Positions 42,184 to 54,505 of a stretch of DNA of 64,000 bases are shown here, in pieces. Source of the stretch: Eledone cirrhosa (lineage: Eukaryota); contig OZ024762.1 in assembly GCA_964016885.1 (NCBI GenBank), positions 2,914,001 through 2,978,000 of the forward strand. The letters run 5' to 3'. The number at the start of each line of letters is the position of its first letter. Positions within the stretch are counted from its first letter, which is position 1. The notes beneath the pieces are model-generated. The model had not been told where the DNA came from. It searched no databases and saw only the letters and a list, made by a program, of their open reading frames with translations. The position numbers and the translations under genes were made by a program.

Positions 42184-42407
42184 TTCTTAGCTCCAGGAAA
42201 GTATTTCTCAAAAACCCTTCGGTACATTGCTGTTGCTTAGCAGAGCCCAGTCCTTCATTAGGGACAACAATGGTTGTGGGGGAGCAGTTACGTGTTTGGA
42301 GGTAAGGTAGATATGACGATACATCTGAAATATAGATTTTAGGGGTTATAAAGGGCCAGGTTTGGGGGTTGTGTAGATATGATGATATATATCTAAATAT
42401 ACACAAT

Positions 42408-42890
42408 GGTGGTGGTGGTGTAGTGTAGGTCCAGTATGTGGTGGTGGTGGTGTAGTGTAGGTCCAGTATGTGGTGGTGGTGGTGTAGTGTAGGTCCAGTA
42501 TGTGGTGGTGGTGGTGTAGTGTAGGTCCAGTATGTGGTGGTGGTGGTGTAGTGTAGGTCCAGTATGTGGTGGCGGTGGTGTAGTGTAGGTCCAGTATGTG
42601 GTGGTGGCGGTGTAGTGTAGGTCCAGTATGTGGTGGTGGTGTAGTATAGGTCCAGTATGTGGTGGTGGTGGTGTAGTGTAGGTCCAGTATGTGGTGGTGG
42701 TGGTGTAGTGTAGATCCAGTATGTGGTGGTGGTGGTGTAGTATAGGTCCAGTATGTGGTGGTGGTGGTGTAGTGTAGATCCAGTATGTGGTGGTGGTGGT
42801 GTAGTGTAGGTCCAGTATGTGGTGGTGGTGTAGTGTAGGTCCAGTATGTGGTGGTGGTGGTGTAGTGTAGGTCCAGTATGTGGTGGTGGC
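42408..42890. repeat. ~32-bp minisatellite, ~15 copies
   Basis: GGTGGTGGTGGTGTAGTGTAGGTCCAGTATGT. Confidence 0.95.
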
Positions 42891-43507
42891 GGTTCAATGT
42901 TCAGCATGCTACGCTCATAAACATGAGGTCATAAGATCAAATCGTAGGTCAGGCAGTACATTGTATTATTGAACCAGTTGCTTCATTTCAGGTTTTCATG
43001 ATAGAACTGGGGTCCCTATCATTACAACAACCGGGAAACCTCCCATGAAAGATAGCCTTGTTCATCTGCCTATCTATATCACTCACTCACTCTCTCTCTT
43101 TATATATATATATATATATACATATACATACATACATACATACATACATACATACATACATACATACATACATACATACATACATACATACATACATACA
43201 TACATACATACATACATACACGCAAAAAGACATTCACATACATTTACATATGAAAAAAAAATGATAATTTCAAGGGAGGCTACTCTATAATTTAACAATT
43301 TGGTTCTCTCCCTTGTTGGGTGTGGGTGTGTTAGAAGCTTGCCTTTCTTTTAACATTTTAGAAAGAGCCACAATGCTGAATTAATCACCTTATGTAAGTG
43401 TATGAGAGAGAGACAGACAGACAGAGAAAGCAAACCTTTTGGTTTGGCACGACTGGGAAGTATTTCTCAAAACCCTCCGGTACATTGCAGTGCGTAGCAG
43501 AGTTCGA

Positions 43508-43782
43508 TGGATTGGCAGTATCAGTAGAGGGACGGAGGCCATGCTAGGGCGGTGGATTGGCAGTATCAGTAGAGGGACGGACGCCATGCTAGGGCGGTGG
43601 ATTGGCAGTATCAGTAGAGGGACGGACGCCATGCTTTCCAGCATAGTTACGTCCCTTTGCGATCTGAGTTCAAATCCCGCCGAGGTTGACTTTGCCTTTC
43701 ATCCTTACGGGGGTAGATAAAATAAAGTACCAGTAATGCACTGGGTAATTGCTGGCCTTGTGCCTAAAGTAGAGATAATTAT
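43508..43782 (+). mobile_element. Deu/Nin-domain SINE with triplicated 5' head
   Basis: Three copies of GGATTGGCAGTATCAGTAGAGGGACGGA, then GAGTTCAAATCCCGCCGAGGTTGACTTTGCCTTTCATCC. Confidence 0.85.
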
Positions 43783-43967
43783 TGTTAATAATTTTGCGTT
43801 AAAATGGCTGAAAAAAAAAAATATATTGTCACGAAAAAGGCAACGAAATAATCGGCATAACAATATATTTACGATTCCGCGAATATGCGGTGGTTTCCAT
43901 AAACAATTATTAGTTAGGTTCTAAGGAAAGTGCCGCGAATATCGGTGTACACTGTATTTATATCAAG

Positions 43968-44160
43968 TTTAATATAGAAATGACTTCTACAGGACTAGAA
44001 CTGTTTCATTCGAAAGAAATCGTCAGGAAAACCCTGATGATTTCTTTTGAATGAAACAGTTCTAGTCCTGTAGAAGCCATTTCTATATTAAATATGTTTA
44101 CACTCTACTAATGTATTGAGTACCTTACTAACTATGGTTACCTCTATTTGAACCCCGAGA
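43968..44160. mobile_element. Fold-back with two truncated HHRs back to back, followed by a PLE-like tail
   Basis: Arms 43968-44027 and 44033-44092; CTGAYGA-TTTC..GAAT-GAAAC..GTC; tail CACTCTACTA..GTATTGAGTAC resembles the PLE tail at 11420-11495. Confidence 0.75.
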
Positions 44161-44323
44161 CATATATAGAGCGAGGGAGAGACACTGGATCAGACCTGAT
44201 GTAAGCCAGGTATACATTTCATCAGTTCTCTCTTTAAACCACGGTGTTAAAAGTCTATATATATATATATATATGTATATATATACCATTTATGGTATAT
44301 ATATATATATATATACCATTTAT

Positions 44324-44359
<36 letters not shown>

Positions 44360-44367
44360 ATTTATAG

Positions 44368-44450
<83 letters not shown>

Positions 44451-44456
44451 ATTTAT

Positions 44457-44522
<66 letters not shown>

Positions 44523-45161
44523 ATTGATGTCACTAATAATTGTCTCTTGTATAAATAGCATTCCAAATGAGTAAATAACATTATAAATAGTGAGAGGGCG
44601 AGAGACACGTAGTCAATGACAATGGGGGTTTGTGTTGACTGCGACTACGACCTTCAGATTCTTATAAATACAAGCGCCGTTTTTCGTAATTTTCATTGCA
44701 GACTCTCATTGAAAGATGTCTCCACGCCACCTTGCATACCAGGTAGATCTCAGCACGCCAGTTCCAGCTTGTAGAAAATCCCTGCACGTGAATTCAGTCC
44801 TTTTCAGGGCTATGCTCAGATCCGATCAGAGACAGGCCGAGAAACCAACCACAAGACGTTCAAAACCAACCAGCGACGACGTTCACCCCTGGGACTGAGA
44901 AGAAAAGTCCCCCAGGTCAGTCAGATTTATATTTAATTTATTTCTTTAAAAAAAATTCAATTTAATTTATTTCTTTAAAAAAAAATGTTCAATTTGATTT
45001 ATTTCTTTAAAAAAAAATTCAATTCAATTTAATTAATTTCTTTAAAAAAAAATCTTTGTTAAAGTTATTTTTATGCTTTGTATTTGTATTGGGGTAACAT
45101 TTTCCATTTAATTAATTTCATCATTTTGTTGTATATACACACACATACATATATACAATTG

Positions 45162-45222
<61 letters not shown>

Positions 45223-45269
45223 GGGAGTTATTAGAATACCTTGGAGTATTCGTTTTTATTTCTATGCTC

Positions 45270-45352
45270 TCTGAGTTGAAATCCCGCCGAGGTCAACTTT
45301 GCCTTTCATCCGTTGGAGGTGGATAAAAAAGTACCAGTGAAATGCTGGGGTG
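45270..45352 (+). mobile_element. Deu/Nin-domain SINE fragment
   Basis: TGAGTTGAAATCCCGCCGAGGTCAACTTTGCCTTTCATCC. Confidence 0.75.
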
Positions 45353-45769
45353 AATTCTTCCTCTCTTTAGTTTTCTCACTTTTATCTTTTTATGAATAAA
45401 AGTACCAGTCAAATACTGGGTTCCTCTCTTCTGCTTTATCGCTGCTTTTTCCCTGTCTATCTTTCTGGAAGAATTTGCTATTTTTAGAACTGGAGGGGGT
45501 GGGTGGGATTTGCTAGGGATTAAGTGAGAAAATGAAAGATATATATGTATATATATGTATAATATGTGTGTTGATGAGATTATATTTGGGGTGGTGGTAA
45601 AAATGGTTTTGCAAGATTTATCTGGAAAAATCTGTCGAATTATATTGTTTTGTTTTCACTTTGATTTATTATATAATTGTGGTTGGTTGTCTCTCTCTCG
45701 TGGTTACTGGTATTGTCTCTCTGTTCTCTCGGTTTTCAAAAGACTTTATAAAAGCTGACTCAGTAGTGT

Positions 45770-46341
45770 TTAACGTATTACTGCTACTTTAAGAGACGGG
45801 TGGGCAAAGTGGAATCGGGCGTCACATTGGGTGAAGTACACGAACAGGCGGCACCATTTATTATTGGATATAGTTAGAGTAACATTAATTTTGTTCACTT
45901 GTAATTTAGAGAATATAAAATATAAACGGCACCATTAGAATATATAAATTAATAAGTCTGTAATTTAGAATATAAACGTGAAGAAAAACTTAATTAGTTA
46001 TATTCTCGGTTTAAGTATTATATAAGAAAAATTGTTTATTAGCCGCGATTTAATTCAACTGTAGACTCTTGTAGGACGCTGTCTGATGCATGCATGCCCA
46101 CATAAACATAGAGCATCCCTTAGGTTGTCTGCTACTAGTTTCGCCCATCCGGCTTTTTATCCCCCTCCCCCTAAATATGCGTCCCTGTTGAATTCCTTCT
46201 CCGCCACAAACCTCTCCCTCTCATATTTTTGTATATCTCTCCGTAGATTTTTTTATTTTTTTATTTTTCGTTAGGTTAAACCAACCAACCAACTTGTTTT
46301 TAATATTATGTATATATGTATGTAGTAGCTTATGAAACGTG

Positions 46342-46373
<32 letters not shown>

Positions 46374-46563
46374 TATATTATATTAATATATATATAACAT
46401 TTCAAATTTTCTATGTCCCCCAGGGACCACATTAGGCGATTTAGCGATTTCGCTCTATAATTCTTAGTCTATCTCTTCTTAGATAGGTACATACATATAA
46501 CGTCGCGCCCTTATAATATCTGTCTGTATGTCTGACTGTCTGCACTACGTCACTTCCTTGAGA

Positions 46564-46594
<31 letters not shown>

Positions 46595-47014
46595 TAGTTT
46601 GAATCCCTAAAACTCGAGAAGTACCCAACCGATTTTTTTCAAACTTTACATGTGTATTTTTTGTTTCAGGGAGTTTATGCACATAAAAAAATTCAACTTT
46701 TTGTAGTATATTGTTACACATACGTAGATATATACATATGTGTGTGTATATATATATATATATATAAATACGTGTATGAAAGTATGTACACGACTGTACG
46801 TATGTAACCCTGTTGCATTCACCTTTCCGACAACCCTTTGTAAATATGCAATGTCGGTTTGATAAGCACGACAAAGAATTGAAGATACTAGGCAGATTAA
46901 CATGTTAGGTATTATAAATTTCGACCGGTGACTGAGTTGCGCGTGAAAGTACATGCGGGTGCAGGTGGTGGGGCTGATGATTTTAATAGTTTCTTTTTGT
47001 CTTGTTGAATAATC
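45770..47014 (+). promoter_or_regulatory. CpG-enriched, repeat-poor putative promoter/5' region
   Basis: CpGs visibly more frequent than in flanks; lies upstream of an ATG exon with a consensus donor. Confidence 0.35.
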
Positions 47015-47068
47015 ATGGCGTGCTCCTCTGTAGCACTTGTATTGCAGCCCGTTGTTCCGGTGGTTAAG
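47015..47068 (+). CDS. Putative first coding exon MACSSVALVLQPVVPVVK (gene unidentified)
   Basis: ATC-ATG-G start context, 18 open codons, then consensus AAG|GTAAGT donor. Confidence 0.5.
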
Positions 47069-48613
47069 GTAAGTGCCGATGATTTTACTGTTTGGGTATC
47101 TTTAGTTTTCGTCTAGTTTATTTGGGGTGGCGGTTGGGTTGGTTTAAGATTAAGGTTCGGTGTCGGGTTTACAGTTGGGACTAGTTTGTGTAAGAAGCGA
47201 GAAGAATCCCATGATTTATTTTTAGAAAGGGAGAAACCGTATCTTTACCAGTTTATCTGTAAAAACGAGTTAATTGCGAGATACAGATTTTATTTTTTAA
47301 ATAACGGGAAGGTTTTGGAGATAGGACAGTTAATAATTAAGTTATCTCTGTTATCAGTTTGACGCATTTCTATTTCGAAAAATAACTACCATATCTATGC
47401 GTTAACCGTACCAACTATATATATTTGAAAAACAGCCAATTTTTATAGACATATATATGTAAAATTATCCCAGACAATTCGACATTTAATTTCCCAAAAA
47501 TATATAATTCCACGGGAGAAAATGTACTATAATCAACAATTGATTTCTCTCCCTTTACTGCACTTTGTATTTCTATTTACATCAATTTAATTTGAAATTC
47601 TAATTTCAAGGGAGAGAAAAGTTTATTTAACAATTACGTTAAGTTTAATTTAAAGAAATAGTTGTCTCCCTCTGCTATACTTGGACTAGTATATAATACA
47701 TTATGTTGTGACATTACCGCCGTTTAATTTTAACGCCAGGATTTAAAATTTAGTTAAGTTTATTCAAGGGAGATAATATTATTTAGTTAATAAATAAGTT
47801 GTTTCCCTTGGCTGAACTTTTTATTATATTTATTTTTGCTGTGTTTATGATATTTATTTTGGTGTAACATAAATTTTCCCCTTCGCTTACCTCCCCTCTC
47901 CTAGCTTACCTCCCCTTTCCTCGCTTACCTCCCCTTTCCTCGCTTACATTATTTATTTATGAAATTATTCCTTGGGGTTAGAGCGGCGGTGGATGTAGTG
48001 CAGGTTGTCGTTTGGTTTCCTGTATGGGTAGTACAGATCATTTTCGAGGTTAAGGGTAACGTCCAGGAAATTGACTCGGGTTAGGGACGTTTGTAGGGTG
48101 ATTTTAAATCCCCAGTCCCGGAAGAAGTTGATTAGTTGTTTACGGACCCGGTCTGTACTACTGGGGTTGTACCATTTGAGGGTGAGGAGCCCATCATCCC
48201 GGTACAATCCCCCGCCGAATGCAGGAAACATTTTGGTGAGTTTAAATAGTAGGAATAATCCTATAAGATCTGTGACCTCGGCCGAATCCGTCCATACTGA
48301 CGTCGAAGGGTGAGTCAGGAGCTCTCTTTATCCACCTGGAGTTGTCGAAAAGTAGGACTGTCTTTCTGGCGTGGAGAATGATATTTCTTTCCTGGTCAGT
48401 GATGAGCGTGAGTGTTTCGGCAAAGTCAAAGGCGGCCGTAAGGAGCGGTAAGGTAATAGATGCATAGTAACTCTCTCTGTCAAACTGGATGAATTTTGTG
48501 TCTCGTTTCTCCACCATATTCCTGAACCATGAGATTACTTCCTGGGTGCTGACCCATAGGCTAAGTCTCACGTTTTGCTTAACTTTTGGTATAACTCGGT
48601 CTAGGATCTTTTT

Positions 48614-49543
48614 ACCAAACGACAACCTGCACTACATCCACCGCCGCTCTAACCATCCTAGAAACAACACCAATAACCTGGTTAAAAACACCTCCCTCCG
48701 CATATCTCGTTTGTCCGCTAATGAGCAGGTATTCGACGAACACGCGCCTCATTACAACCAGGCCCTCAAGTGGAGTGGCTTCCGGGAGGAAATATCCTTT
48801 TATCCAGCTTCCCTTAGCTGAACCAGCAGGCGACACCGCCGCTCACGCAATGTAACGTGGTTCAATCCCCCCCCCCCCATAATGCCGAGGTGGAAACACC
48901 TATCGGGAAAATCTTCTTTAGACTCCTCGAAAAACACTTCCCACTACAACACCGCTACCACAACATAATCAATAAAAACACCATCAAACTCTCCTACAGC
49001 ACCACACCTAACTTCGCACAAAACATCGTCTTCTCAAACAACAAAAAACTCAACCCCTATGGAAGGAATAACCTAGACATCAGTGGAGAGCCGACCAGGA
49101 GGTGTAACTGCCCTGATAGATATACCTGCCCCCTCAACAACAAATGCCGAGAACTTAACGTGATCTACCAGTGCAACGTGAGGACGGACACCTCCAACAA
49201 AGCTTATATAGGATTAACCGCGTGTGACTTCAAGACCCGGCTCTACCAACACCGACATACTTTCCGAAACCCGGTCCGGCGACATGCCACTACACTTTCG
49301 GGCCACATCTGGGACCTCCAAGATAATAATATATCCTACAATCTCATTTGGAGCTTACTGTCCAGAGCTAACTCTTACACGGGAGGACGCCGCCCGTGTA
49401 ACTTATGCTCGGAGGAAACATTACAAATGCTGTTTTCGAAGGACCAACTCCTAAACAAGAAAGACGAACTGGTAACTGTATGCAGACACAGATTGCGTAG
49501 GACTTACCTCGCTTTCAAACCCCATAACGACCCGGGTGGGTAG
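48614..49543 (+). pseudogene. PLE RT thumb plus GIY-YIG endonuclease (stop at 48819, poly-C frameshift near 48870)
   Basis: YIHRRSNHP, WFNPP, CNC..CPL..C, VIYQC..YIGLT..FKTR..QH, CNLCSEE, LLNKKDE..CRH. Confidence 0.9.
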
Positions 49544-50199
49544 AGAAGAGGTGATACCCCCCTGCCGAATAAGTTAGGGGAAACCCCAGCTTACTTAGGT
49601 AGATGTATCTCTTTTCTTTTCTTTTCCTTCTTCCCCCTGTCTCATCCTATCACTTCCTTCCACCCCTATTTTCTTCCTCGTCTGCTTTTCTCCTTTCGCC
49701 TACCCCGATGCAGCCCATCGGGCCTCTATAGCATCAGTTCCCCACCCCTGTAATTTTAAGATAGAATTGGCCGAATACGTTTTACTAACTACTTATAGCA
49801 GACATGTTAAACCCCTTTAATTTAGTATCAGTTCTGGTACAATTTCTACAAGTTTTTTTCTATTCTCAACTTATTAACCTGTAATTGTAAGATAGCATTG
49901 TGATTTTTACTCATTTCTCACTATCTAATTTTATATATATTTTTATTTATTTCTATTATCTTTTATTGTCTCCTACTCTCATCTGATTTACCTATTCTAT
50001 AACCTCCCTCCTCCACTTCATACACTATCCTTAGAATCTGCTGTATACATATCACTTTCAACCTCTCCACTCACTCCCCTATTGTTCTACAGGCAAGTTC
50101 AGCCACCCCTACCTCCCACCAAAAGCCATTATAGACTTATTTGTGTTTACAACAAATTTTAACCAATCCTCTTGACAACTACAATCTTCCCATATAAGG

Positions 50200-50307
50200 A
50201 AGTACCCCCTTGACAAGTTCGGCTATTTATTCACCAGGCTAAAAATTCTAATTTAGTCCAGAAATAGCCGTCGAAACGGCTTGAGCTCTGCCGTCGGGGT
50301 CATACTT
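50200..50307 (+). ncRNA. Type I hammerhead ribozyme with U3-A8 variant core
   Basis: CCCC-TTGACAA-(CGGCTATTT..AAATAGCCG)TC-GAAA-CGGC..GCCG-TC-GGGG; GUC at 50293-50295. Confidence 0.78.
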
Positions 50308-50539
50308 TTTCCTATATATATATATATATATATGTATGTATATATATATGTATATATATATATAACTTTGAATAACTTTGAAATGTTTTGGCCAGTATTG
50401 GCCCAGGCCATGTCTAACTTAATAGCACCACCTGGCGAAGTCTTTCAATTCAGGATTTGGGCACCGTGGCCCATTCGAGAAGAGAATTACTGTTTGCAGA
50501 GACATATCCGGGTGTGGGTGGTTTGTCCGGGAAAATCAA

Positions 50540-50732
50540 AAAGATGAAAAATGGAAAAAATGGAAAAAATGGAAAAAATCGAAAACAATGAAAAAATGAA
50601 AAAATCGAAAAAATCGAAAAAATGAAAAAAATGAAAAAAATGGAAAAATGGAAAATTCGAAAATTCGAAAAAATGAAAAAAATGAAAAAATGGAAAAATG
50701 GAAAATTCGAAAAAATGAAAAAATGAAAAAAT
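50540..50732. repeat. A-rich 9-10-bp repeat
   Basis: GAAAAAATG and GAAAAAATC units. Confidence 0.85.
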
Positions 50733-50865
50733 TTAGTCAATTTTGGCTGAAACTTTAGACAATTTTTGCTTAAAATTTAGATAAATTTGGTTGAAAATTG
50801 GCTAATCTTTCAACAAAAATTGAGTAAATTATCAGAAAACAATGGCTAAATTTTCAGCAATTAGT

Positions 50866-51166
50866 GTGAGCATGTGTGTGTGTGTGAGGGAGAGAGTGTG
50901 TGAGTATGTGAATGTGTGTGAGGGAGAGAGTGTATATGTGAGTGTCTGTGAGAGAGTGTGTGAGTATGTGAGTGTGTGTGAGGGAGTGAGTGTATATGTG
51001 AGTGTCTGTGAGAGAGTGTGTGAGCATGTGAGTGTGTGTGAGGGAGTGAGTGTATATGTGAGTGTCTGTGAGAGAGTGTGTGAGCATGTGAGTGTGTGTG
51101 AGGGAGAGAGTGCGTGAGCATGTGAGTGTATATGTGAGTGTCTGTGAGAGAGTGTGTGAGCATGTG
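50866..51166. repeat. 60-bp GT/GA minisatellite
   Basis: Sequence lines 50941-51060 repeat with period 60. Confidence 0.85.
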
Positions 51167-51433
51167 AGAAAGATAGAAAAAGACAGTGTGTGAGTGTGTG
51201 AAGGAAAGAGTGTGTATGCGTGTGAGTTTGTGTGAGAGAGAGCGTGTGTGAATATGTTTGTGTGAGAAAGGGAGAAAGAGAGAGCGTGTGTGTGTGCGTG
51301 TGTGATAAAGAGAAAGTGAGAGCTTGTGTATGTGTGCGTGTGTGAGAAAGGGAGAGAGAGCCTGTGTGTGTGAGTGAGAGAGAGAGGGAGAAAGAATTTG
51401 TGTGTTTGAGTATGTGTGAGAAGGAGAGAAAAA

Positions 51434-51490
<57 letters not shown>

Positions 51491-51841
51491 TGTGCAATAA
51501 ATGGGGGAGGGAGTGGTTAAATCTATCAAACTCTTCCAGTCAGTTTTAATCAATATCTTTGATGTTAAATTAAAGAAGTTATAGGCTAAATAACTTTAGG
51601 AAAAATAAATAAAATACCATAGGCAGAAAGTTTAGGGGGTGGGGTGAAATATGGAGAGAGATGAAAGGATGAGACGTGTGACAAAGAACTGGGTGAGTCT
51701 GGGTGAAGGGCATCTGATAGAGGGCGTGGTAGTCGACTTGGTTTGTTTATATTGGTGTGGGTTATATCTCGTTAAATCTTTTATTTCTAGAATAAAATTA
51801 GAGAAAAATAATAAAGAATTTAATATTCAGTTAAACATATA

Positions 51842-51985
51842 AGCGCTATGTCTTAATGATTGTCACAAGTGTAGTGTTTGTACCAGAGTTTTCAAGTCAC
51901 ACTCGTTCAGCGCATCGGTAGGGGTTCTCATACATGGATATAAAGTAGTGGCCGTACTTGAAAACGAATTGGCAGCCACCATGTA
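51842..51985. repeat. Left arm of an inverted repeat paired with 54754-54916
   Basis: Reverse-complement match over ~140 bp with one 20-bp indel. Confidence 0.85.
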
Positions 51986-52134
51986 TGTATGTATGTAGAG
52001 AGAGGTAGCCCCACAACAGTTAGTTCACCATACAGAGAACAAATGTTTCACCTTATGCGGATCTTCAGCTCAGTTCCATGGACTGAGTGTTCTACTATTT
52101 ATTTATTTATATATATATATCTATCTAGGGCGGG

Positions 52135-52300
52135 TAAAATTCCCGAGATCCATGGACGAGTTCTCTCCAGCGGTCTCTGTCCCTCATTATCGCTGCCATG
52201 TCCTGCGTTCCCAACAGACCAGTGTCTGTCCCTAGGGCATCAACATACGTTAACCTTGATCTTCCTCTTCCATAATGTTCAACACTGGATAGAACTAGTC
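52135..52300 (-). mobile_element. RTE-X-like LINE 3' fragment
   Basis: RLTYVDALGTDTGL..MRDRDRWRELV. Confidence 0.65.
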
Positions 52301-52722
52301 ATTCCGATTAGTTAACCTTGATGTATTAGTGAGAAAAGCACTCCACGTTACGCAACTCATCCATAGTTGATGTTAAATCCTGTGGTTTGTGCAGGAACGG
52401 AGTTAAATATTAGTTTGATTAAAATAACAGGAGGCCGGACTAGTGATGTTCCTTTAAAATGTTACTGTTGCAAAAGCACTATATATATTTCAATGGTCTG
52501 GCTACGTAAGACCCTGGTGACATCATCATCAGGTGTGGATTGCATAATTAGTTAATCAATCGAGGAATTACGGCAAACACACAGAAAATATCGAAAAAAT
52601 ATTTGATTCGGAGATGGCACGCAACATGGGTATTATATTGTTGCCGCAGTCTATCCTCGAACAGATGTTTTTGTTATTTCTGTTTACCTTTTACATACAT
52701 GTGTGTATGTGTGTGTGTATGT

Positions 52723-52785
<63 letters not shown>

Positions 52786-52865
52786 TGTAAACGGAAACCA
52801 CAAAAGAAACAACATAGTACAACGAAGAAATATATTAGTTTAACGCTTGATATAATACGAATGAG

Positions 52866-52901
52866 TCTTTACGTTTCGGACGCTAGTCCTTCGTCAGAAG
52901 A
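52866..52901 (-). ncRNA. Minimal type I hammerhead ribozyme, family C, intact
   Basis: Minus strand: TCTT-CTGACGA-A-GGAC-TAGC-GTCC-GAAA-CG-TA-AAGA. Confidence 0.85.
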
Positions 52902-52961
52902 TAGAATGAAAAATAAGATGAAATAAAAAAAAAAGTGAAAAGTGGAAGCTTTTTTATCCTT

Positions 52962-53851
52962 ACGGCATGTCAAACTGAGAGTCCCCCAAGGGCCACATGG
53001 GTTCCATATGTGTTGTCTGAGGACCACATGGGTTCCATATGTGTTGTCTGAGGACCACATGGGTTCCATATGTGTTGTCTGAGGACCACATGGGTTCCAT
53101 ATGTGTTGTCTGAGGACCACATGGGTTCCATATGTGTTGTCTGAGGTCCACATGGGTTCCATATGTGTTGTCTGAGGACCACATGGGTTCCATATGTGTT
53201 GTCTGAGGACCACATGGGTTCCATATGTGTTGTCTGAGGACCACATGGGTTCCATATGTGTTGTCTGAGGACCACATGGGTTCCATATGTGTTGTCTGAG
53301 GACCACATGGGTTCCATATGTGTTGTCTGAGGACCACATGGGTTCCATATGTGTTGTCTGAGGACCACATGGGTTCCATATGTGTTGTCTGAGGACCACA
53401 TGGGTTCCATATGTGTTGTCTGAGGACCACATGGGTTCCATATGTGTTGTCTGAGGTCCACATGGGTTCCATATGTGTTGTCTGAGGACCACATGGGTTC
53501 CATATGTGTTGTCTGAGGACCACATGGGTTCCATATGTGTTGTCTGAGGACCACATGGGTTCCATATGTGTTGTCTGAGGACCACATGGGTTCCATATGT
53601 GTTGTCTGAGGACCACATGGGTTACATATGTGTTGTCTGAGGACCACATGGGTTCCATATGTGTTGTCTGAGGACCACATGGGTTCCATATGTGTTGTCT
53701 GAGGACCAGATATGGCAACTAAGTACACACATTTCAACTAATATTTTTTTTAATTTCATATTACACTCGCGCTTAAAAACCTTTGTGCGGGCCGCAGGTC
53801 TGCTTGTAATGGGCCACATGCGGCCTGCAGGACACATGTTTCCCATGCCTG
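52962..53851. mobile_element. hAT-like MITE containing a 31-bp tandem array
   Basis: Ends ACGGCATGTCAAAC and GTTTCCCATGCCTG (10/14 match); subterminal GGGCCACATG at both ends; no TSD found. Confidence 0.55.
52993..53708. repeat. 31-bp minisatellite, ~23 copies
   Basis: CCACATGGGTTCCATATGTGTTGTCTGAGGA. Confidence 0.97.
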
Positions 53852-53881
53852 GTATAGATAAAATAAAGTGTATAAATCAGA

Positions 53882-54505
53882 TGGATTGGCAGTATCGGTA
53901 GAGGGTCGGACGCCATGCTTTGACGTATAGAGTTACGGCCCTTGCCATTCTGAGTTCAAATCCCGCCGAGGTTAACTTTGCCTTTCATCCTTACGGGGTC
54001 GATAAAATAAAGTACCAGTAATACACTGGAATAATTGCTGGCTTTGTGCCAAAAGTAGAAACAATTATTATTATGGATTAGCAAAATCGGTGGAGCGTCA
54101 GTCACCATGTTTTGCAGCTTAAAATTACGCCCCTTTACGACCTGGGTTCAAGTATCGGCAAGGATAGCTTTACCTTTCATCCTTACGCGGGTCGATAAAT
54201 ATAGCACCAGTAATACACTGGGGACCATTTAATCGACTTTCCCCTACCCCAAAATTTCTAGCCTTGTGCCGATATAAGAAACCGTGCCAAAAGTAGAAAT
54301 AATTATTATTACTATTGCTGGATTGGCAGTATCGGTAGAGCGCCAGACACCATGCTTTGAAGCGTGGAGTTATGGCCGTTTATGCTATGAGTTCAAATCC
54401 CGCCGAGGTTAACTTTTCCTTTCATCCTTACGGGGTCGATAAAATAAAGTACCAGTAATGCACTGGGAGTAATTGCTGGCCTTGTGTCAAAAGTAGAAAA
54501 TTATT
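53882..54505 (+). mobile_element. Three tandem Deu/Nin-domain SINEs
   Basis: Heads near 53882, 54074 and 54319, each with box B and CCTTTCATCCTTACG..GGTCGATAAA. Confidence 0.88.

Larger units (their letters stand above)
47976..50313. mobile_element. Penelope-like retroelement, Naiad-type, 5'-truncated with inverted RT segment
   Basis: Minus 47976-48613: FIQFD, PFDVSM, GLYRDDGL, VNFLDVTLNL. Plus 48614-49543: thumb and GIY-YIG. Pyrimidine-rich 3' UTR with HHR, ending at (TA)n. Confidence 0.93.

Noticed and set aside
44188-44230. CTGATGA with an ATGTA/TACAT stem on the minus strand
   Set aside because: The stem is followed by CAGG rather than GAAA
44702-44915. Exon bounded by AG and CAG|GTCAGT
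   Set aside because: Stops in all three frames from the first acceptor and no recognisable protein; cannot be supported
48819-48821. In-frame TGA as selenocysteine, as reported for some Naiad PLEs
   Set aside because: It lies in a Ser/Arg-rich linker rather than at a conserved Cys, the Cys motifs use normal codons, a frameshift follows and no SECIS was recognised
50422-50440. CTCF-like motif on the minus strand
   Set aside because: A single short match with no independent support
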